Source: Candidatus Thorarchaeota archaeon
GTDB lineage: Archaea; Asgardarchaeota; Heimdallarchaeia; Hodarchaeales; Hodarchaeaceae
Assembly (NCBI GenBank): GCA_048882505.1
Contig: JBHLRO010000020.1
Coordinates: 30,001-62,000, forward strand
Direction of reading: 5' to 3'
DNA: 32,000 bases
Shown here: in pieces, positions 26,768-32,000 of the stretch
How the letters are laid out: the number at the start of each line of letters is the position of its first letter
How positions within the stretch are numbered: position 1 is the stretch's first letter
Translations under genes and position numbers: made by a program
Notes under the pieces: model-generated
Told to the model about the DNA's origin: nothing
Seen by the model: the letters and a program-made list of their open reading frames with translations, nothing else
Database searches by the model: none

Positions 26768-27001
26768 ATGGCTGACAATCATCATATTGATATCACAATC
26801 TCCAAAGTAGAGAATGAAGTGCCATTCAAACTGGAGATGAGTGAAACAAGTTGTTCATTAACTGCGGACCTGGGTAAACTGGAATTCGTATCTTTTACAG
26901 ATGACCTACTTACCTTTAGTTTTGCAAATGGACAAATATGCATCGATATGACACTTGAGGACATCAAACAGCATATTAGCGAAAAAACGAAAAAGGAATA
27001 A
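26768..27001 (+). CDS. Small hypothetical beta-rich protein
   Basis: 77 aa with an LGKLEFVSF...NGQICIDM pattern that I recall from small uncharacterised archaeal proteins. Only 6 bp from the next gene. Confidence 0.65.
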   Translation: MADNHHIDITISKVENEVPFKLEMSETSCSLTADLGKLEFVSFTDDLLTFSFANGQICIDMTLEDIKQHISEKTKKE

Positions 27002-27007
27002 CAGAAA

Positions 27008-27394
27008 ATGGAATTGAATTGGAATCTTCTCTTTGTTCTGGCAATTATTGTACATGGAATTGGCCATTCTCTCGGGCTAATGCACACCACCAATCTGGTA
27101 ACATTATCAGGGATGCCAACAAACGAATCGTGGTTATTAGCAGGACAACTCAAGTTGGATAAGATGGTTATCCAGTTAGTTTCTGTCCTGTGGTTTGTAG
27201 CTATCGCCGGGTTTTTGTTGGTAGCAGGAGCTTTTTGGTTTGATTTAAGTTTGTGGAAAGGTGCCGCTTTGGCAATGGTTGTTCTTTCGGTCATGTTGTT
27301 CGGGATCTGGTTTACTTCATTTCCTTTGAACACACAAATCGGAGCGGCAATAGGGAATCTGGTAGTATTAGCAGGCCTTCTTATGACCAACTAG
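27008..27394 (+). CDS. Hypothetical 4-TM membrane protein with intramembrane HGIGH motif
   Basis: AIIVHGIGHSLG in TM1 plus three further hydrophobic helices. Confidence 0.8.
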   Translation: MELNWNLLFVLAIIVHGIGHSLGLMHTTNLVTLSGMPTNESWLLAGQLKLDKMVIQLVSVLWFVAIAGFLLVAGAFWFDLSLWKGAALAMVVLSVMLFGIWFTSFPLNTQIGAAIGNLVVLAGLLMTN

Positions 27395-27706
27395 TGAGAT
27401 AAATAGGATAAACGGTGCAAAAAAAGGTGTGTGATAAACATGTAAGATCCTTAGCGGCCTATCTATTTTTAAATTTGAACAAAAATTCCTATCATTGAAA
27501 TGCGAATTATCAAAAGAGAAAGAGAGACAGAAGAACGTCTGAGATCAGTTTTTTTGGAAGATGGCCTCCCTAATCCTTTAAAACTAATGAATCGTGATTC
27601 ACGGTCAAGCTCCTCTTTCATTGAGAAAGCTGAGACCGAATCATGATGTGGATTCTTAAACATCAGAAGAATAGTGCGATTTATACCAAAAAAGGATGGC
27701 CAGATA

Positions 27707-28867
27707 GTGAAAAGGGAAAATTTAAGTAAAATAGCGGTCATAGGAGCAGGCCACATGGGCCATGGCATTGCCGAAGTAGCTCTGCTCTCAGATTATATGG
27801 TTTCCCTTGTTGACATTAATGAAAGAATCCTTTCCGAAGGAAAATCGTTAATTGAATGGTCCCTTAAAAAATTTGTAACAAAAGCACAAATAACCGAAGA
27901 AAGGTATAACCAACTTATCAACAAGCTTGAAACCATCATTGACATTAAAAAGGCTGCTGAAAATGCCATTCTTTGCATTGAAGCAGTACCGGAAAAGTTA
28001 GAACTAAAAAAAGAAATTTTTAGAACTTTGGATCGCTTTTCTCCTAAACATGCAATTCTAGCATCAAATACATCGACATTAAGCATCACGGAACTTGGGA
28101 ATGTCACTCAACGACCTGATAGGGTGGTGGGATTACATTTTCCGCCCCCTCCGGTTCTGGCGAAAGTAATCGAGATCGTGAGAGGAAACGAAACCTCTGA
28201 AAGTACAATGGAATTTGCTATTAATTTCGCGAAGAAGACTAGAAAATCCTATATCATTTCCAAAGACAGTCCTGGGTTCATATGTAATCGTATCATGGCT
28301 CCTTCAGTACTCTTACTTCAATTAATACTTGATAAAGGGGATTATTCCCCAGCAAAAATCGATGCAGCTGCTTTGAACTGGGGTATGATTATGGGACCAT
28401 ATGAGCTCCTTGATTATATTGGACTCGATGTTGTGTACGATAGTTCGAAATCCTTTGCAGAACACCTTTCCAGGGAATATGCTCCTACTCGAACTATATC
28501 GCAATTAGTGAGGGAAAGTAAACTGGGGAGAAAAACAGGTGAGGGAATCTATGAGTGGCGTCCAGGAGGTAAACGACCGATCATCGATCAGTCAGACCCC
28601 GCAGATTTTGATCTTATGGATTTGATACGTGTTCAGATTAATGAAGCGGTAAAAGTCTTGGAAGAAGAGATTGCTACGGTTCAAGATATCGACAAAGGGA
28701 TGAAACTCCATTATCATAATCCATGGGGACCGTTTGAATTAGTAGAACAGATGGATTTGGGGGAATTAGCGGAATTCCTGGATAATTTGGCTGAAAAGTA
28801 TGGAAAAAAGGTTTTTCGAGCTCATAGGTGGATTCGCGATAAGACACTTCTTGAACGAACTAGATAG
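27707..28867 (+). CDS. 3-hydroxyacyl-CoA dehydrogenase (NAD-binding domain plus two C-terminal domains)
   Basis: IAVIGAGHMGHGIA, IEAVPEKLELK, ASNTSTLSI, GLHF, KDSPGFICNR, MGPYELLDYIGLD, and a second helical domain ending WGPFEL. Start GTG 27707 (alternative 27674). Confidence 0.93.
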   Translation: MKRENLSKIAVIGAGHMGHGIAEVALLSDYMVSLVDINERILSEGKSLIEWSLKKFVTKAQITEERYNQLINKLETIIDIKKAAENAILCIEAVPEKLELKKEIFRTLDRFSPKHAILASNTSTLSITELGNVTQRPDRVVGLHFPPPPVLAKVIEIVRGNETSESTMEFAINFAKKTRKSYIISKDSPGFICNRIMAPSVLLLQLILDKGDYSPAKIDAAALNWGMIMGPYELLDYIGLDVVYDSSKSFAEHLSREYAPTRTISQLVRESKLGRKTGEGIYEWRPGGKRPIIDQSDPADFDLMDLIRVQINEAVKVLEEEIATVQDIDKGMKLHYHNPWGPFELVEQMDLGELAEFLDNLAEKYGKKVFRAHRWIRDKTLLERTR

Positions 28868-29040
28868 TGCTAGTTCGCTGATATTTGATGTAGGTACTTC
28901 GACTGTCACCAATTTGATATTGCTATTAAAAACAACTGATCAATGGAAGATTCATCCTGTTCATCACGATTCTGAGTTAATTCGTTGTCTCAGAAAAAAT
29001 TATCACGCGCTGAGTCCAGATTTCTGAACGTGAAGGTGAT

Positions 29041-29898
29041 TTATTCAAATTTATATTCATCCACACCGATAATCGGCCTATAACCAATTTTTTGGTACAT
29101 TCTGTTTGAAACAGGATTCGATAAGTCAGTAAAAAGGAAACAATATTGTTTTCCCGCGTCCAAGACACTTTGACTGACCTTTGCTACTACTTCTGTTCCA
29201 TATCCTTTGTTACGCTGATCAGGTGGTGTATAGACACCTCCAATTCTCCTTCCATTGGGAGTTTCTCCCCATTTACCTGCCATAGAGACGATTTTCTCTT
29301 TTATTCGTAAGACATAAATTAATTCGTGCTTTATTGCGCCATTGATCCCTTTTTGTGCTTGGGAAACAGCCTGAGGGGATGCTTCCGAAGCGGCCTCTAA
29401 CATAAAAGCACGGATCCACCGTAAGATGAGGTTAAGATCCTCAATGGTCGCAGGTTCTGCGGAATTCGAGCCAAATGTCTCTGGATTAACGGTATCTAAG
29501 CAATAAATTTGCTGATTCATTTTTAACGTCGCTGTTTTCTGGTTTTTAATTGCATATAATTGTACAAACTTCTCTACTCCCTTTGTGAATCCTAATACTC
29601 CAGGAATATCCATTTTATTCTCATTTAAGGTATTTACAAGTAAAGAAATCGAATCCAAATCTTCAGTGTACGATATAATTTGATTATAGGGCGGAGTGCG
29701 AATTGAGACTAATTTCATTGTTTCTTCATCTGAAATTGAGAGCAAAACTGGCGTTTCCCCGTAATAAGTAATATTTTGCTTTAGTCTATTCAAGATACCA
29801 AAAATGAGATTGTTTTCCGCTTCATACTTGATTAAAAATGGATAGCAGAGTTGGATAAATTCGCTGAGATTAGCATGAAATTTTACTTCTTGCCTCAA
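29041..29898 (-). CDS. GNAT family N-acetyltransferase (FR47-like C-terminal domain)
   Basis: RIGGVYTPPDQRNKGYG...LFTDLSNPVSNRMYQKIGY. TTG start. Confidence 0.92.
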   Translation of the reverse strand: MRQEVKFHANLSEFIQLCYPFLIKYEAENNLIFGILNRLKQNITYYGETPVLLSISDEETMKLVSIRTPPYNQIISYTEDLDSISLLVNTLNENKMDIPGVLGFTKGVEKFVQLYAIKNQKTATLKMNQQIYCLDTVNPETFGSNSAEPATIEDLNLILRWIRAFMLEAASEASPQAVSQAQKGINGAIKHELIYVLRIKEKIVSMAGKWGETPNGRRIGGVYTPPDQRNKGYGTEVVAKVSQSVLDAGKQYCFLFTDLSNPVSNRMYQKIGYRPIIGVDEYKFE

Positions 29899-30399
29899 TC
29901 ATGACCCTACTCGAATTTCGTGAGATATGTCCTAAAATACTTTTACTTAGGTTCTGAATTTCTAGTACCAACATAATTCCTAGGATATCTGGAGACCGCG
30001 TACAATGTTACAGTTTTTTGTTAACTGGATAATTTATGCAGATAAATCGAATTTATGTTACTTAGATCATTTAATAGAAAATGCTCTTATCTTTTTATTG
30101 TCGGGATCTGGATTCAAACCCAGTCCATTGGTTTCTTTTCCTGAATTCCGAATACTTTAACTATAATGGTTCCAGAAACAACTAGCCCGCAATAACTCCT
30201 GAATGTGACAATATTCGGTCAGAACTGTCAATTTTGAAGAACTTAGTTCTTTATTAAATTCGGTTGTTGAATATTTCATGCACGGGAAATCTATTGAAAA
30301 TGAACAGAGTCAATCCCAATAATATTTGGTGTGTGAAGGAACGGCTCATTTCTGATTTAATAGCAATTTCCGAGCAAAATAAGATTCGAGAGGCCAAAA

Positions 30400-30975
30400 A
30401 TGACAGTATATAAAATTGCATTAATAGGAGACGGTGGAGTGGGTAAAACGTCCATCCGTGAACGTTTTTTGGGAGGAGGATTTTCTACACAATATAATTT
30501 AACGGTTGGCGCGGATTTTGCCATGTTCGACGATGTCCTTCGGGGAATTCCGATCCGTTATCAGATTTGGGACTTGGCAGGCCAAAACCGATTCGATTCC
30601 GTAAGAGAAGTTTATTACCAGGGCTGTGTGGGCGGACTATTAGTTTATGACGTGACTCGTCCTGAATCGTTTTACAATTCGCCAAAGTGGATTAATGAAC
30701 TCTGGATAAACAATGGCCGAGGTAGAGTCCCTCTTGTCGTTGTTGCAAACAAGATCGATATGCGTGCCATTTCAGATTCTACAATCTCCGCACAAGATGG
30801 CTGGCTATTCTCGGAAAATCTGAGTAAACTCACTGAACCTCAGGGCTTTACCTGTCCGTACATTGAAACATCCGCAAAAACTGGCGTCAACATTCCGCAA
30901 GCGTTCGCACTACTTGGCGAGAATGTAATGAACTTCATAGGTATTCGAAAACCATCACTCCTCATTTCCCATTGA
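30400..30975 (+). CDS. Rab-like small GTPase (Ras superfamily)
   Basis: G1 GDGGVGKT, G2 TVGADF, G3 WDLAGQ, RFDSVREVYYQG, G4 NKID, G5 ETSAK. No C-terminal Cys. Confidence 0.95.
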   Translation: MTVYKIALIGDGGVGKTSIRERFLGGGFSTQYNLTVGADFAMFDDVLRGIPIRYQIWDLAGQNRFDSVREVYYQGCVGGLLVYDVTRPESFYNSPKWINELWINNGRGRVPLVVVANKIDMRAISDSTISAQDGWLFSENLSKLTEPQGFTCPYIETSAKTGVNIPQAFALLGENVMNFIGIRKPSLLISH

Positions 30976-30983
30976 TGTTGTTG

Positions 30984-30998
30984 GGCGAATTATTCGCC
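30984..30998 (+). terminator. Short inverted repeat after the GTPase stop
   Basis: GGCGAAT-T-ATTCGCC perfect inverted repeat starting 9 bp after the stop. Confidence 0.35.
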
Positions 30999-31604
30999 AA
31001 AATCATTACGAAAGAATCCGTAGTGTAGATCATATCCTATGGAGGCACGATAAAAAAGGGAAAAAGGATAAGGGGGAAAAAACGGACGTTAAATACGATA
31101 TTATCCATTTTCCAAAGTGATTTGGTCATCTAATTTTACTATGGCATCACTAAGTGTTAAGAAATCAGCAATTGATGCGCCATTGGCCCCACAGAGGTAG
31201 TTATTGTCTCCGATACGAATTGTTACCACGCAGAGGAGGAGTGAACAAAGATTGGAATATGGCTTCCTAGACACGAATTAGCCAAGGGAATTATATTTAC
31301 TTATAGAAACAATGGAGCCGCGAGGATCCGATATTCCCAGGCGAAATCAGGTTTTAAATGAATCGATTTGCCACATGGGATGGAAAACCGCTAGAAGAAA
31401 AGGATAGGGAAGGCGGAATCAATCACTAAATTGCAAAAATGTAAAAACACAGAGTAATCGGATGTTTCTAGGTCTATTTACTCGCAAAACTCCTCGATAA
31501 TCCGAAAACCGTGGATTTCTTAGACTTGAAATCGGAATACCCTCTATTTTTCGAGTAATTGATCATAAAAAATATCTAAAATAAGTCATTTAGCCGCCTA
31601 ACCA

Positions 31605-32000
31605 ATGTTTTCGTTACAAAATCCTCTAAATGGACTAGATGCATGGATCACTCCGGTTGTTGATACCCATCTGCACTTTTGGAACGAGAAATTGATACCT
31701 TTTTTCTTCAAATGGGCTAATGTCTTTTTTAATGACTATTCTGTTGTTTCTATGATGCTTCCAGAGATGATCGCCAAAATTCCCGAAGAGTATCGAGAAA
31801 AAACTACAATTGCTCAATTTTTATCAACCAAAAATCTAGGAGAGTATAATACCTCAGAATTAATCAAGCAAATTGACCAGGCGTATTCGGATGGTGTGGA
31901 AGTCTTTAAATTATGGTTAGCGCCAAGATTTTTAGATTTTAATGAGCTAAACGGGCCATTCAACTTATTAGATGACAGACTTGAAGCGGTATTCTCACGT
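31605..32000 (+). CDS. Partial amidohydrolase family protein (paralog of 21632..22585), runs off right edge
   Basis: Manual translation from ATG 31605: MFSLQNPLNGLDAWITPVVDTHLHFW...LIKQIDQAYSDGVEVFKLWLAPRFLDFNELNGPFNLLDDRLEAVFSR. It aligns with LLTQIDQAHTRGIRVLKVFFGP...FRINDPRLDLVYSQ of the other copy. Missing from the ORF track. Confidence 0.88.
   Translation, partial: MFSLQNPLNGLDAWITPVVDTHLHFWNEKLIPFFFKWANVFFNDYSVVSMMLPEMIAKIPEEYREKTTIAQFLSTKNLGEYNTSELIKQIDQAYSDGVEVFKLWLAPRFLDFNELNGPFNLLDDRLEAVFSR

Noticed and set aside
26782-27390. 202-aa minus-strand ORF
   Set aside because: Antisense shadow of two better-supported plus-strand genes.
27500-27646. 48-aa plus-strand ORF (MRIIKRERETEERLRSVF...) upstream of the 3-hydroxyacyl-CoA dehydrogenase
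   Set aside because: Short, with no clear RBS or homology evidence.
28902-28973. TVTNLILLLKTTDQWKIHPVHHDS, weakly like an NTF2/DUF4440 C-terminus (WKIxHxH)
   Set aside because: Too short and degenerate to call by eye; it needs an HMM search.
30108-30123. CTGGA-TTCAAAC-CCAG, resembling a tRNA T-arm
   Set aside because: Lacks the G-C closing pair, and no D-arm, anticodon arm or acceptor stem can be built around it.
23641-30975. Idea that the CPBP (Rce1-like) proteases process the nearby Rab-like GTPase
   Set aside because: The GTPase has no CaaX or C-terminal Cys, and the genes are in separate transcription units.
1-32000. CRISPR arrays, IS elements, integrases, reverse transcriptase/DGR, rRNA or tRNA
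   Set aside because: I saw no regularly spaced direct repeats, terminal inverted repeats, catalytic motifs or RNA-gene signatures on either strand by eye.

Overview
32 kb of gene-dense prokaryotic DNA, most likely from an Asgard archaeon of Heimdallarchaeia/Hodarchaeales type. This is an inference from a Rab-like small GTPase without a prenylation site, large surface proteins with PGF-like C-terminal sorting tails and archaeal-type GGTGA ribosome-binding sites. I found no rRNA, tRNA, CRISPR array, integrase or transposase. From left to right the window holds: (i) a >430-aa partial ORF missing from the ORF track (HTH, coiled coil, Pro-rich tract, WH2-like motif, C4 zinc ribbon); (ii) a two-gene GMC oxidoreductase resembling a split long-chain fatty-alcohol oxidase; (iii) an M24 peptidase, MBL hydrolase, GNAT, a four-repeat helical orphan, a membrane protein and an MDR reductase; (iv) a surface-protein block of a secreted beta-barrel, a 1932-aa modular S8 protease, a 4-TM protein and a 7-bladed propeller-FnIII protein; (v) a detox-like block (VOC, DinB-like, bacterial-like DUF4256); (vi) two amidohydrolase paralogs bracketing a PadR/F420-PPOX/CPBP module, small membrane proteins, a 3-hydroxyacyl-CoA dehydrogenase, a GNAT and the GTPase. 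Small decayed gene remnants sit in the spacers (Ddn-like and SnoaL-like). The best candidates for something new are the left-edge multidomain protein, the W-x11-D-x8-EP-x3-I repeat protein, and a duplicated uncharacterised domain in the S8 protease. All family calls come from motif recognition, not database searches.
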